Assembly: GCA_963840035.1 (NCBI GenBank)
Contig: CAWIXE010000001.1
Location: forward strand, 160,001 to 224,000
Reading direction: 5' to 3'
DNA length: 64,000 bases
Source: a candidate division FCPU426 bacterium
Lineage (GTDB): Bacteria > Oederibacteriota > PGYV01 > Palsa-1178
In this document: one piece after another, positions 38,589 to 49,350 of the stretch
How the letters are laid out: every line of letters begins with the position of its first letter
Position numbering within the stretch: position 1 is the first letter of the stretch
The notes under the pieces: generated by a model
Told to the model about the DNA's origin: nothing
Seen by the model: only the letters and a program-made list of their open reading frames with translations
The model's database searches: none
Position numbers and translations under genes: made by a program

Positions 38589-39992
38589 TTACAACACCAG
38601 TTTTAAACTCAGCCCAAACGTCGTCTTCTTATTTAAATAATCCTGTTCCCCGTATGATTCCTGCGTGTATGAACGCTCTGAATGTGACGCGCCTATATCC
38701 GCCTTTAGATTTCCCATGTTTATGCCCAGGCCCGCTGTCAGTTCGTATATGAAATTGTGGTGAAAATCCCTGGCATATTCCTGTATCCCGGGCCAGCTGC
38801 CTCCGGCGCGGACAGTCAGCCACGGCAGAACTTCCCACTCCGCTCCGCCGCGTATGCCCGCGTACCTTTTGTAAAGCCATGCGCCGTCCTGGAGGTGGCC
38901 GAATATTTCCACCGGCACCCTGATAAACCCGGCGTCATACGACGCGCCGGCCGCGATATCGGCAAAGTATTCTGTCGCTGGAAGCAGGACGTCAGATGTG
39001 TAATCCACCCCGCTGCCCTGCGCCATGAATCCCGCTGTAATATCCTTAGCCGGGAACACGCGGCATTTCAGGGAAGCGTTATAAGCGGTCCCTTTTTGGT
39101 ACATGTCCATTGACGGAAATACATCAGATGCCGTCCTGTAATCATAATTGAACCCAAAAACAGCCCCTCCTGAAATAGAAGCCTCTATTTCACCCTTCTT
39201 TATGTACTGCGCGCCGGCGTTTATGTTTACGCCTGAGCTTTCAAAACGGTAATTGATGTCCCCCGTGGGTCCGGATGATATGCCGCTGCCTGAAAACCCG
39301 TAATTGTTGAACGCTAAAAAGTTGGACGTGGCGTATGTATACTCTATCATGTCCGGAGCCCTTTTTGCCACGGCCTGCGGCACGGTATAACCGCCGGAAA
39401 CGGCGAAAGCCAGCCCGTTATCCATCTTAAAACCAGCGTCCACAAGCCACTCTAAATCCCTGATAGTGTCGGAGTGCTTTGTGAGGTAGTCGGAAGTATA
39501 TACGGTTGCCCCTGAAGTTTCATAAGCCCCCAGGTATTTGAACATGGCGCCCGCGGAAAATCCGCCGCCTATTACGCGCGAGTATTCAATCCGCGCCCCG
39601 CCCGTATTGCGTGACTCTACGCCGTCGAATAGCACGCTGAAAACATTCAGGTAAAATGGATGGATCATGAGGGCGTCTTCGGGGGAAAACCAGTGAAGGA
39701 TATAATTTCCGCGCTCGTCCGTTATGCCCGTGCCTGAAGTATAACCCCCAAAGAAAGTGGTATATAGCTGGTCATATGCCCCTGAAAGCGATACGACATC
39801 CGCCTTATCCCTGTAGCAAAGCAAAGAGGCAAACCCGTCAGAGTAAAGGTCGATAACGGATGTGGAATCCGGCATGGCTATGGATGTATTGCCAAGGGCC
39901 ATCATCCGCACGCCGCCTCCGTCCCATGATGATGAGAATAAGGATGAGGATAAGGTAAAAACAAAAAGCAAATAAAGAAGTCTTTTTTTCAT
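38589..39992 (-). CDS. Outer-membrane beta-barrel protein (paralogue of 20891-22288)
   Basis: Shares SSSLFSSSWDGG, LEWLVDA, YKRxxGIRGG and WPG with 20891-22288. SD ggagg upstream. Confidence 0.72.
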   Translation of the reverse strand: MKKRLLYLLFVFTLSSSLFSSSWDGGGVRMMALGNTSIAMPDSTSVIDLYSDGFASLLCYRDKADVVSLSGAYDQLYTTFFGGYTSGTGITDERGNYILHWFSPEDALMIHPFYLNVFSVLFDGVESRNTGGARIEYSRVIGGGFSAGAMFKYLGAYETSGATVYTSDYLTKHSDTIRDLEWLVDAGFKMDNGLAFAVSGGYTVPQAVAKRAPDMIEYTYATSNFLAFNNYGFSGSGISSGPTGDINYRFESSGVNINAGAQYIKKGEIEASISGGAVFGFNYDYRTASDVFPSMDMYQKGTAYNASLKCRVFPAKDITAGFMAQGSGVDYTSDVLLPATEYFADIAAGASYDAGFIRVPVEIFGHLQDGAWLYKRYAGIRGGAEWEVLPWLTVRAGGSWPGIQEYARDFHHNFIYELTAGLGINMGNLKADIGASHSERSYTQESYGEQDYLNKKTTFGLSLKLVL

Positions 39993-40097
39993 AGTCCCTC
40001 CAGGTTTATAAAACATTTTAAATCCCGACGTTGTCGGGCGGATATAATCCGCCCGCTGCAAAAACAGCTGCGACGAAACGTTTTTTTAATGTCGCCC

Positions 40098-40706
40098 TTA
40101 CAGCCGCACTCCTATGTTCTTCACTACATCCATCCCCGCAAGGCCCGGGTTTTCCCGCTTGAAATCAGCCATGTCCTGCGCTTCATTATCCTTGATCGTC
40201 AGCGAAGTCACCATGATTGTGTCCTTCATTCTGTCATAGGTGAGGTTTATGACGCACTTGCCCCAGTAATTAACCTTGCCCGGGGCGACCTTAAACGCGT
40301 GGCCGAAATTCATCCCTGTTTTATTTTCTTTCGAGTCCAGCCCCCAGAAAGTGAAGCCCGAACCGAATTCCAGCGTGAATGTCACGTATTTGCCCGCCGG
40401 GAGCGTGTAATATTTTTTTGTTTTAAGCATGCGCCATGACTTGGCCGCTGTAATCTTTTTGGAGCTCAGCGGAAACATGCTTATGGTTTCCTTTACAGCG
40501 TCGTTATACACCGAAAGGCTGCACACGTCCGCGTGAGAATCAAGAAATTCCCCGTTTGAGTACGTTTCATTTACCTCGATTGGAAACACCACAACGCCCT
40601 CATATTCCTCCAGCTCAGAAGCCGTCTTTACAAAAGCCCTGCCCCCGCACCCCGCAGAGACAACCACAAAAACAAAAACCAAAAACACTGCCAGTAATTT
40701 TTTCAT
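40098..40706 (-). CDS. Putative lipoprotein
   Basis: SAGC lipobox. LPAGKY and PGKVNYWG pattern. Confidence 0.7.
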   Translation of the reverse strand: MKKLLAVFLVFVFVVVSAGCGGRAFVKTASELEEYEGVVVFPIEVNETYSNGEFLDSHADVCSLSVYNDAVKETISMFPLSSKKITAAKSWRMLKTKKYYTLPAGKYVTFTLEFGSGFTFWGLDSKENKTGMNFGHAFKVAPGKVNYWGKCVINLTYDRMKDTIMVTSLTIKDNEAQDMADFKRENPGLAGMDVVKNIGVRL

Positions 40707-40798
40707 ATTCCCCCCTATATAATAATATTGCATAATTATGCCAAACCGGCGTTATAAGTCAATTCATTAAGGACTGACAGCGCAGCCGTCATGTTTCC

Positions 40799-40981
40799 GT
40801 AGTCGCAGGCCTGCGTCTCACCGGCCTGCGCCTACATGAGGCTGTCCTACACGCAAACTATCGACAGTTCACGCGAGGTTGCATCCATGGTTCGCGCGCT
40901 GTCAAACGTGGAATAGGCGCACCCCGATAAAACGAATCCGTCTTCGCTAAAGCTATGACGGACATATGGGGGTGCGACTAC
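40799..40981. repeat. Composite dispersed repeat, copy C
   Basis: Same ends and core as copy A. Confidence 0.9.
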
Positions 40982-41006
40982 GAAACATAAACACAACATA
41001 CGCGCC

Positions 41007-41936
41007 TTATTTTTTTGCCTTTACCTGCGGTTTTACTTTCTTCTCCCCATACGCCTTAAATTCCTTAAACTCCGTGCTCTGCGACATGACCTTATATCCC
41101 AGCGTTACCACGCCCAACGCGAGCAGCAGGAGAAACGCTATCCATAGCGTCTTCCACAGCGACCACTCGAGCGCGTTAAAGAGCCTGGCTATTATGGTTA
41201 TCTTATTGCGGGATTCGCTTAAGGTGAAGTTCACGGTGCAGTAGTCTTTTCCCGCCTCAAATACATTTATGCCTGCCGAGAGCGACTCTATTTCCTTTCC
41301 TATCTCGTATATCTTGGTCTCCAGATTCATGAGCTCTTCTATCTTGCCGTCGCGTTTTTTCAGCTGGAGAAGCGAGTTCCTCGCGTCCATTAACGCGGTT
41401 TTCTTTGACTGCAGTTCCCTGTAGTCGCCTGTCTTGTCGGTTTTAACAACCGTGAAGCTGTTAAGTTTGCCGATTTTTTTAAGGGTTTCTATAAAAACGT
41501 CAAATGATTCCGGCGGCACGCCTATGGCCATCATGATGGAACGCGAGCCTTTTAACCCCGAGAGCTGCTCCCTCTGCGTCATGGCCTTAAAGTCAGTGAT
41601 GCTCTTGCGCAGGCTCGCCTCGTCTTTGTCAAAGTCATATGAGGTCCCGCTTAAAGTCCCGACCTTTTCATAAGCCTGTTCCAGCGCCCATATCTTGCCC
41701 GCGGTATCCTGCTGAACCTTGACCCTCGCGATATTCCTGGAAAAATAAGAACTCCCCATGGAATACTTGTCCACAGCCTGAGCCTCGCTGAAGAACTCGG
41801 CATTGGTGGTATTGCCATAGTAGTAGGCAGCCTGAGCCATGTCGGAATTGGTGGTCACAACGTAAGCAAGGCGCAAAAGCACAAGCACAGCGTAAACAAC
41901 AACAGTCAAAAGCAAAGCAGTCTTAAAGTTTTTCAT
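41007..41936 (-). CDS. DUF4349-like membrane protein
   Basis: N-terminal TM, VPPESFD, DKTGDY, coiled coil, TVNFTLSE, C-terminal TM. Confidence 0.7.
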   Translation of the reverse strand: MKNFKTALLLTVVVYAVLVLLRLAYVVTTNSDMAQAAYYYGNTTNAEFFSEAQAVDKYSMGSSYFSRNIARVKVQQDTAGKIWALEQAYEKVGTLSGTSYDFDKDEASLRKSITDFKAMTQREQLSGLKGSRSIMMAIGVPPESFDVFIETLKKIGKLNSFTVVKTDKTGDYRELQSKKTALMDARNSLLQLKKRDGKIEELMNLETKIYEIGKEIESLSAGINVFEAGKDYCTVNFTLSESRNKITIIARLFNALEWSLWKTLWIAFLLLLALGVVTLGYKVMSQSTEFKEFKAYGEKKVKPQVKAKK

Positions 41937-42000
41937 ATTACCTCCCTTTAAATTAAAAATTATTGTAATAATGTCATGCGTCCGGATTTGGCCTTTAGTT

Positions 42001-43254
42001 CTACTCCACGGCCCCATTGATAACGCCGATAATCTCATCTATATGCTCATCCGCTGTCTTGTGCTTATTTAATTTTGTAAAGCTGCTGAAAGTCAGGTAT
42101 GTGTCTGATACCACCTTTTTTTCATCCTCCGGATACGGGCCGCTTAAGCCGGTCATCCAGCCGTCTTTGTCGTCATTGTATAAATATTTAAAGAGGTATA
42201 CCCTTACATTTTCTCCCCTGTCCTTTATTATTTTTGCCTTCACAAGCTCTATCTTATCCGGCGGCCTTCCAAACTCTGTGGGGTATTTCAGCCACTCTGC
42301 CATGTTTGATTCGGCAAATAATAACTGTGTGCGGTATTTTTCCGGGAATTTTTCATACCACCCGCCCTCGGTTAAAAGCCTGTATAAAGTCACCCTTATG
42401 CCCGGGTCTGCCGCAAGCTTTTCCATGGTCTTTTCAGGGACATCCCCGCCCAGCTTAAGCAGCGATACAGCGGAGAACATGGCCACGGAAGAATTTTTAT
42501 CCCCTGAATATTCTACAAGAAGCTCCTTTACAGCCGCGTCTCCCGGCAGGCATCCCAACACATCCACTATCACCTCTATCATGGAACAGGCGACGGCATA
42601 CTCTTCGGAAGAGGCTTTAAATTTTGCCCTCTTTGCCGCGGCAGACTTCAGATCCGCAATTATTTTGTCCCTTGCCTGCGCGTAAACGGAACACGGCAGG
42701 CTTCCCTGCCTCATGAGTTCGAGTGAATTCGTGTATATTTCATATTTGTAAGACTCCTTATCCAGAAGCGCGAAAAGCGCCGGATAAAGCTCAGCCGCAT
42801 GCCGTGTTTGTTTATTAAAAGGAATGAAGTTAATGCCGGGCTTATGCTCTATTAACAGCGTGACCATGGTCCTTATCGAGTCCCTGGTATCCAAATCCGA
42901 GAGCACGCCGAGGGCTTTTCCCTTTATGTCGGGGTTATTTGGCAGCTGTGTAAATATCCCCGCGATAAACCCCACAGACGAGTTGTCCTTAAGAGCGCTT
43001 ATCTTCCCGAGCAAAACAGCCTTTGTGGACGAGGATGTTTCCGCGTCATCAGGGTAAACAGCCTTAACAGCGGCGCAAAGTTCAGGCAAATCACCCCTGG
43101 AAAAAGCCTGAGCCTCCAGCCTGGTTTTCGCCGCTTTCCGCGCGGCCGCGTCAGTTGATGCAAGGTCTGAAAGAAATGAGTTGTCATGCCTGCCGCAGCC
43201 CGCGAGGGCAAACAGGGATAAAATCACAACAAACGCTTTTGCTAAATTTTTCAT
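42001..43254 (-). CDS. Lipoprotein with HEAT-like helical repeats
   Basis: LAGC lipobox. AESNMAEWLKYPTEFGRPPDKIEL C-terminal domain. Confidence 0.65.
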   Translation of the reverse strand: MKNLAKAFVVILSLFALAGCGRHDNSFLSDLASTDAAARKAAKTRLEAQAFSRGDLPELCAAVKAVYPDDAETSSSTKAVLLGKISALKDNSSVGFIAGIFTQLPNNPDIKGKALGVLSDLDTRDSIRTMVTLLIEHKPGINFIPFNKQTRHAAELYPALFALLDKESYKYEIYTNSLELMRQGSLPCSVYAQARDKIIADLKSAAAKRAKFKASSEEYAVACSMIEVIVDVLGCLPGDAAVKELLVEYSGDKNSSVAMFSAVSLLKLGGDVPEKTMEKLAADPGIRVTLYRLLTEGGWYEKFPEKYRTQLLFAESNMAEWLKYPTEFGRPPDKIELVKAKIIKDRGENVRVYLFKYLYNDDKDGWMTGLSGPYPEDEKKVVSDTYLTFSSFTKLNKHKTADEHIDEIIGVINGAVE

Positions 43255-43450
43255 AATGCCTCCCGTAATTATTAAACCGTTTTCTGACGCCATTTTGGCC
43301 TTTGTTTGGTTTTTATTAATTAAAAACCCGTGCCTGTCTCAAACCAACGCTGAGACGCCCACGGGCCGTGCCATGAACCCTTGTGGTTCATGGTGGCGTC
43401 TCTGCGGTTTATACAAAACACCATGTCTTATATTTGCCGTTTATTATTTA

Positions 43451-43852
43451 TTAATCAATATCCATTACTTCCATTTTTTCTTTTCTTATGCCCTGCAGTA
43501 TAAGCAGCCCGGCGCCGGTAAAGATGAAGGGGCAGAGTTTATACGGCAGGAAGTCTATTTTATAGCCGGTGAATACTGAAAGCACTGACATGGCCAGCAG
43601 CATTATGAATATCATTATATAAACAGCCTTTGCCACAGCCGCGCCTTTTTGCTCTATCGCGGCGGTTACTATCGCAAGCAATCCGAGGAATATAAGGGTC
43701 AGCCCTTCATTTATCCATTCCATGGTTATAACCAGCGAGTTGTCAGGGGAAATATTCCCGAACCCCGCCACGACGTTTCCGGTGGGAAAAAGATGCGATA
43801 CCCCCCATGCAAGCGCTAAAAATCCGCCTATGAAAACAAGAATTTTCCGCAT
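43451..43852 (-). CDS. Four-TM hypothetical protein
   Basis: Four hydrophobic segments. WGVSHLFPT, MEWINEG, YKLCP. Confidence 0.7.
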   Translation of the reverse strand: MRKILVFIGGFLALAWGVSHLFPTGNVVAGFGNISPDNSLVITMEWINEGLTLIFLGLLAIVTAAIEQKGAAVAKAVYIMIFIMLLAMSVLSVFTGYKIDFLPYKLCPFIFTGAGLLILQGIRKEKMEVMDID

Positions 43853-43976
43853 TGTATGAACCCTCCCCGAAGTTGATGGGTAATTATAACAAAAACGGCG
43901 CGCCTGGACAATAGCGCCGTTTTTAAAGTTATTATAAGGAAACGCGTGTAAGCCTTGTATGCCCTTATTCCCCTAT

Positions 43977-46900
43977 TTATTTATTCTGTCTTAAAACTAT
44001 TAATTTCCCGGGTTTTGCCGCGTCTTTTTTCCCTGTTTTTGACCTGCCTTCCACCGTTAAAAAATAGACACCTGACGCCAGCTTTCCAAAATCATCCGCC
44101 GGTATTATGGCCGTGTTTTCCATGTCGTTTGACGCGCCGAAATCATGCTCTAAAACCAGCCTGTAAGAAACTGTATAAAGCCTGATTGTTATGCTCTCCG
44201 CCGGTTGGGAAATAATGAACCTGACCTTAAGGCCGCCGGCATCTTGGCAATACGGGTTTGGAAATATGACAGCGCCGGTAATTGTGAAAGTCTCTTTCCA
44301 CGCGTCCGGCGCGGGTGTGGATGTGCGCGTCGCGGTAGGCGACTGGCTTGGCTCCGGGGTATTTGTATTGGATAAGGCCGGAGTTGGAGTCGGCGTGGCT
44401 GTCATCACCGGGGTCAACGTAAGGGTAAATGTTCCTGTTTCATCCGGGCTTGCCGTCATGCTCGGAGTTATGCTCTGAGTTTCCGTCGCGGTTATTGTGT
44501 AAACCGGCGTGAATGTATGCGTCAATGACGCGGTCATGGTAAGAGTCGGCGTGTCTGCCCCGTCCGGCGGCGTGGCTGTCCGCGTGATGGTGGGGCTGTA
44601 CTCTACTGTGGATGTGGCAGTTTCAGTTGAGGAATTTGTAATGGTCCCTGTGGCCGTGGCTGTATGAGTGCCGGTTGCGGTTAGTGTAACCGTGGCTGTG
44701 CCGCTCGTGGTGGCAGTGGCTGTCGCGGAAAAAACCTCTGTCTGCGTCAGGGTCGGCGTGGGGCTGTATGTTGTCTGCGTTTGTGTGTTTGTCGCCGTGA
44801 AATACGGCGACGCGGTCGCGGTCGGCGCTGTTGCTGTCGCGGTGGCCGTATTTGTGCGTGTCATGGTCATGCTCGGTGTTGCAGTCCCTGTGGCTGTCAT
44901 GGACCTAGTCAGGGTGTATGTCGGCGTATACGTCGCGGTGCGTGAAGATGTCCATGTATGGGTCAAAGTCACCGTCACTGTCGCTGACTTTGTCGGCGTA
45001 AATGTGCTGCTTATCACAGGAGTGAATGTCGGCGTCATAAAACCGCATGTATCCTCAAATCTCCATACCGCCATATTCTCGCGGCCCAAAGCGTCCGAAG
45101 CCGAACCCGCCACGACTATCCTTGCGGAGCCGTCTATTAAAATCGCCCTTCCATATTCCTGCAGGCCCCCGGCAATTCCTTTGCCTGTAATAATGCCGGT
45201 CCCGTTAAAAGTCGTATCCGGGCTCCCGTCTTCATTGAGCCTCCATATTATCATGTCAAAATTACCCGCGCCATTTAAGCTGCGGCCGCATATCAGGTAT
45301 TTTCCGTTTGCGTCCTGCGCTATGCCGTAGCCGCTGTCATCACCGCCGCCGCCCGCCGCGCCATCAGAAGTATAAAACCCTTTGCCGTTAAAGGAGGTGT
45401 CAGGCGTGCCGTTATTATTAAACCTCCACACGGCCATGTCATAGTTCCCGTTTGCGCCGAAACTTTCACCCGCCACGACTATCTTGTTATTTCTGTCTAT
45501 GATCACCTTATAAGCGTCGTCATTGCCGCTGCCGCCCGCCGCGCTGTTATGCGTTGCGTATCCCACGGCGTTAAACGTAGTGTCTATCGTGCCGTTTGTA
45601 TTATACCTCCATATTGCCATGTTAAAACCTGCCCCCACTGACGGGATGCCCGATCTTCCTGCTATGACAATTTTTCCCGCGGCGTCAACTGCCACGCTGC
45701 TTCCCCTGTCATCGGATTCAGCGCCGCTGCCTGAGGCGTTAAAGTTCGATACGTAACCGCTTGCCGGATTAAATCCCGCGGTATCCCCTAGTCCGGTGTT
45801 TAAGTACCTCCATGTCCTCATGCTTAAGTCTATGTCTGCTGTGGCGTCCCTGTCCACGGAGCCGGTCACGATGACCCTGTCGCTTGCGTCCACAGCCGCG
45901 TCCCTTGCTTCATACGGCCCTGCTGAACCGCTCATGCCTGTCCCGAGTTCAAGCCAGCCGTCTGTTAAGTACCTCATCCAGCGCATCGCGGCGCCGTCAT
46001 TCATCCCCGCGGCGATTATCCTGCCTGTCATGTCAAAGGCAAGGCCGTAAAGGATGTTCGCGCCAGTCCCTGCTCCGTCGTATGTCACATACCCGGTGGA
46101 ATTAAATCCCGTATCAAGCGCGCCGCCGGCGTCATACTTCCATATGGCCCAGCCCGGCCTGCCTGCAACCGCGCCGCTCCTGGCCCCTCCCAAATATATC
46201 TTGCCCGCGGCGTCCATTATCATGTCATTGGCGTATGAGTACAGCTCAGTCCCCAGCCCGATATTGCTCACTGCCATGCCATCCGCGTCAAATGAAGTAT
46301 CAGGCGCGATGCACCCGCTTGTGGGCGCCAGTGTGGGAAGCGGTGTCCTCGTCCCGGTGGAGGTTATGGTGGCGGTGGCAGTAAATGTTTCCGTGGCTGT
46401 GTATGTCCGCGTGCTCGTGCCGGTAAATGTCGGTGTCATGGTCACGGTATAAGTCATGCTTGACGTGGATGAATCCGTGACTGTCGGAGTTATGGTTTTT
46501 GTGGATACCACGCCCGTGATAACGGCGCTGGCTGTATTGCCTGCCCTGGTCTCAAAACCGTCGGAGTCAACGGCTTTCACATAATAGTAATAAGCCTGGC
46601 CCGAGTCCACATCCCAGTCATCATATGTAAGGCCGGCAATTGCCGCGGTATTTATTTTTATGAAAAGCCCTCCGGCGTTTGTGCTCCTGTATATGTTGTA
46701 GCCAGCTGTCGGCGTGTGATAAAGCGGCGGCGCCTCCCATATAAGCCCGGCCTTTCCCACGCTGCCTGTGATGGCCAGGTTTTCAGGCGGCACGAGGGTT
46801 TTCATGCACTCATAAAAATTCATCCTTCCGTATCCCATATCATTGCTGCGTGTCCCGTAATTTTTGCCGGCCACAACAGCGTACGGCGATGAGCCCACCT

Positions 46901-48068
46901 TATCGCACGTCCTGGCAATCCTGGCGAAACATTCCGTGTTTGAAACGCCGTTGGATATCAATACCGCGGCCAGCCCGGCAACCTGGGGCGAGGTGAGCGA
47001 AGTCCCCGCGCCCGACCCGTATGTCGTGCTGCCGGAAGCGCCCGCCATGTACAGGTCCTGTACAGGCGCCCAGTTTCCGCCTGAGGCCACAAGCCCCAGG
47101 TTGGATGAGTAATTTGAAAAGTCAGACCTTTCGTCGCCTTCCGTTGCGGAGCCCACGCTTATGACATCCGTAAGCGACGCCGGATAAAACGGAAGAGGGC
47201 TCCCGTCATTCCCGGAGCCCGCCACGATGACACAGCCCTTAGTGTATATGGCATAGTTACACGCCACCTGTTCCATGATGTTATAAGTGCTTTGCCCGAG
47301 TGACATGTTTATGACCTGCGCGCCGCTGTCGGCCGCCCAGTATATGGCCTGTATTACGCTCGCGGAGGTCATAGCCCCGGCGTTGTCGACTTTAACCGGC
47401 CTGATCTTCGGGTTAACGGCGACCCCGGCAATGCCGGTCCCCGCCGCGGTCCCGTTATTGACCTGCCCGGCAGCCAGGCTCCCGACAAAAGTTCCGTGCG
47501 GCATGGTGTCGGGTGTGTTTGTGGTCCCCAGGACTATATCCCATCCCGTAATGAATTTATTGGCCACGTCCACATGCGCGGTATTTAAGCCGGTGTCTAT
47601 CACGCATATCACCGTGCTTGTGACGCCCCTGCTCCACGAGCTCATATTGCCCGCGGGCTCATTCCACGCCCTGTCCACCTGCATCTTGCTCAGATGCCAC
47701 AGGTTCATGGCCCCGGAGCCGTCCTGATAAAAACTGTCGTTGGGATATGCCATGGGAGCGTATGTCATGAGGGTTTTTACATAGCTGTTAAGCGAGACGT
47801 ATTTTATATCCCTGATTTTTTCCAGGCTTGATTTGGTTTTGATTGCGTCCGCGCCAGTGGTTATTTTCACCAGATACCCGTTCATCTGCCGTATCTCCCG
47901 GACCGCCTTCAACCCCGCCTTTTTCATGATCTCAGAGGCTTTTGAATGGGAGACACATTCGTGGAAGGATATGATGAGCTCATCTTTTACGTAATCATCA
48001 TTGCCGGCGGCAAAAACAGGCAGCAGCATAAAGATAAATAGCATGATAAGTAATGTTTTTTTGCCCAT
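43977..48068 (-). CDS. Secreted S8 (subtilisin) protease with FN3, delta-60-type repeats, Thr-rich linkers and C-terminal Ig-like domain
   Basis: Catalytic motifs VIDTG, HGTFVG, GTSLTSP. GYNIYRS...YYYYVKAVD (FN3). Repeated WRxNxxGxxDTxFN. C-terminal IFPNP. Confidence 0.9.
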   Translation of the reverse strand: MGKKTLLIMLFIFMLLPVFAAGNDDYVKDELIISFHECVSHSKASEIMKKAGLKAVREIRQMNGYLVKITTGADAIKTKSSLEKIRDIKYVSLNSYVKTLMTYAPMAYPNDSFYQDGSGAMNLWHLSKMQVDRAWNEPAGNMSSWSRGVTSTVICVIDTGLNTAHVDVANKFITGWDIVLGTTNTPDTMPHGTFVGSLAAGQVNNGTAAGTGIAGVAVNPKIRPVKVDNAGAMTSASVIQAIYWAADSGAQVINMSLGQSTYNIMEQVACNYAIYTKGCVIVAGSGNDGSPLPFYPASLTDVISVGSATEGDERSDFSNYSSNLGLVASGGNWAPVQDLYMAGASGSTTYGSGAGTSLTSPQVAGLAAVLISNGVSNTECFARIARTCDKVGSSPYAVVAGKNYGTRSNDMGYGRMNFYECMKTLVPPENLAITGSVGKAGLIWEAPPLYHTPTAGYNIYRSTNAGGLFIKINTAAIAGLTYDDWDVDSGQAYYYYVKAVDSDGFETRAGNTASAVITGVVSTKTITPTVTDSSTSSMTYTVTMTPTFTGTSTRTYTATETFTATATITSTGTRTPLPTLAPTSGCIAPDTSFDADGMAVSNIGLGTELYSYANDMIMDAAGKIYLGGARSGAVAGRPGWAIWKYDAGGALDTGFNSTGYVTYDGAGTGANILYGLAFDMTGRIIAAGMNDGAAMRWMRYLTDGWLELGTGMSGSAGPYEARDAAVDASDRVIVTGSVDRDATADIDLSMRTWRYLNTGLGDTAGFNPASGYVSNFNASGSGAESDDRGSSVAVDAAGKIVIAGRSGIPSVGAGFNMAIWRYNTNGTIDTTFNAVGYATHNSAAGGSGNDDAYKVIIDRNNKIVVAGESFGANGNYDMAVWRFNNNGTPDTSFNGKGFYTSDGAAGGGGDDSGYGIAQDANGKYLICGRSLNGAGNFDMIIWRLNEDGSPDTTFNGTGIITGKGIAGGLQEYGRAILIDGSARIVVAGSASDALGRENMAVWRFEDTCGFMTPTFTPVISSTFTPTKSATVTVTLTHTWTSSRTATYTPTYTLTRSMTATGTATPSMTMTRTNTATATATAPTATASPYFTATNTQTQTTYSPTPTLTQTEVFSATATATTSGTATVTLTATGTHTATATGTITNSSTETATSTVEYSPTITRTATPPDGADTPTLTMTASLTHTFTPVYTITATETQSITPSMTASPDETGTFTLTLTPVMTATPTPTPALSNTNTPEPSQSPTATRTSTPAPDAWKETFTITGAVIFPNPYCQDAGGLKVRFIISQPAESITIRLYTVSYRLVLEHDFGASNDMENTAIIPADDFGKLASGVYFLTVEGRSKTGKKDAAKPGKLIVLRQNK

Positions 48069-48212
48069 TTTTTCTCCCCAACAAAGTTAAAACCCTTACA
48101 TATATTATGACAGAATCCGCGGTTTTTTGTTCCGTTTTTTGAATTAAATAAAGGCAAAAAGCCGGAAAAAGGCGTGATAACAAGCGGATCAACAATAAAC
48201 ATGATGGTTCCC

Positions 48213-48443
48213 GCAGCCGCAAGCCTGCGTCCCACCGGCATATGTCATGAGCTCAATAATATTCTCATGCCATATACTTATCGAATGGCGTGTGCCTATT
48301 AAAGGTATCCCCCCTCAAACCGCCGACAGTCCCTGTGACGGCATATCAATGGTTTCGCGCAAGGGCAAACGTCGAATAGGCGCACCCCGCTGATACGAAT
48401 CCGTCTTCGCTCAAGCTATGACGGACATATGGGGTGCGGCTGC
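48213..48443. repeat. Composite dispersed repeat, copy D
   Basis: Same core as copy A, both inserts present. Confidence 0.88.
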
Positions 48444-48474
48444 TAAATCCGTAAGTTGTCGATTCCAGTACTTT

Positions 48475-49350
48475 TTATCTTCTTTTTCTTATCAGCTTGA
48501 TCGGACCGGCAAGAAATTCCTCAATGACCTCAGCGACGTTAGACAATTTTTCAGGCGCGATTTTGATATTGTTCTTATTCAGAAAAACCCGCCAGAGTTT
48601 CTTCATGCCGGACCCTTGGTCGTATATTTCTTCCGCGAAAATTTTTTTACCTTCAGGCAAACCTGTTTTCCTGTGTTCAAATGTCCTTTCAAGCGCCTTT
48701 GCCAGCTGTTCCGGTTTGAAATCAAATTTACGTATCAGAAGCCATACGTCATAAAAATCCTTCATCCTGCTGTTTAAAGCGCCGAGTTTAATCATCGCCT
48801 CAAATTTTTCTGCTATCACAGTTTCAGGCGGGTATCCTTTCAGCTTCGGCGCCGGGAAATCAAGGAAAACAGGGTAATCTATTTCACCGGGTTCCGGATA
48901 TACAATATCGCCAAATCCAAAATCTACCTGCAAAGGTATGCGCGTACGTTCTATAAATCCGGTAAACCTGACCCGGATACCCGAATAATCGTCGTTTTCT
49001 TTTATCTTTGCCGCTTTTAATGTATGTGTGTAAAAAACTATCCCGTCGTCGCCGGTTTTTATGGCGCAAATTTCCTTTACAACCCCGGTTATTTCTTCAA
49101 TTGTATTGCCGTAACACCCGAGAAAATCAACGTCCAGGGTCTTCCTTCTGCCTGCAACATTCCAGGCTGAAAACATAAGCGCGCCTTTTAAGATAAACTT
49201 TCCGCTGTATTTCGACTTGCTGAACCTGTATAGAAATCTTTCAATGCCATAATACTGCAGAATCTCGGCATAGGGGGTTTTTGTTTTTTCCGCTATGTTA
49301 AGCAGCCTTACCTTGACAGACTCCGGCATGTTCACAACGGGCTTTTTCAC
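48475..49350 (-). CDS. abiEii: AbiEii-family nucleotidyltransferase toxin (type IV TA)
   Basis: ERFLYRFS, FILKGALM, TLDVDF, AEKFEAM, NSRMKDFYD. Confidence 0.92.
   Translation of the reverse strand: MKKPVVNMPESVKVRLLNIAEKTKTPYAEILQYYGIERFLYRFSKSKYSGKFILKGALMFSAWNVAGRRKTLDVDFLGCYGNTIEEITGVVKEICAIKTGDDGIVFYTHTLKAAKIKENDDYSGIRVRFTGFIERTRIPLQVDFGFGDIVYPEPGEIDYPVFLDFPAPKLKGYPPETVIAEKFEAMIKLGALNSRMKDFYDVWLLIRKFDFKPEQLAKALERTFEHRKTGLPEGKKIFAEEIYDQGSGMKKLWRVFLNKNNIKIAPEKLSNVAEVIEEFLAGPIKLIRKRR

Noticed and set aside
36625..38640. Short ORFs within the REP array and composite repeats (also 51066-51260)
   Set aside because: They are translations of repeat DNA with no SD or protein features.
20891..39992. 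Diversity-generating retroelement behind the paralogous barrels
   Set aside because: No reverse transcriptase, and no template/variable repeat pair differing only at adenines.
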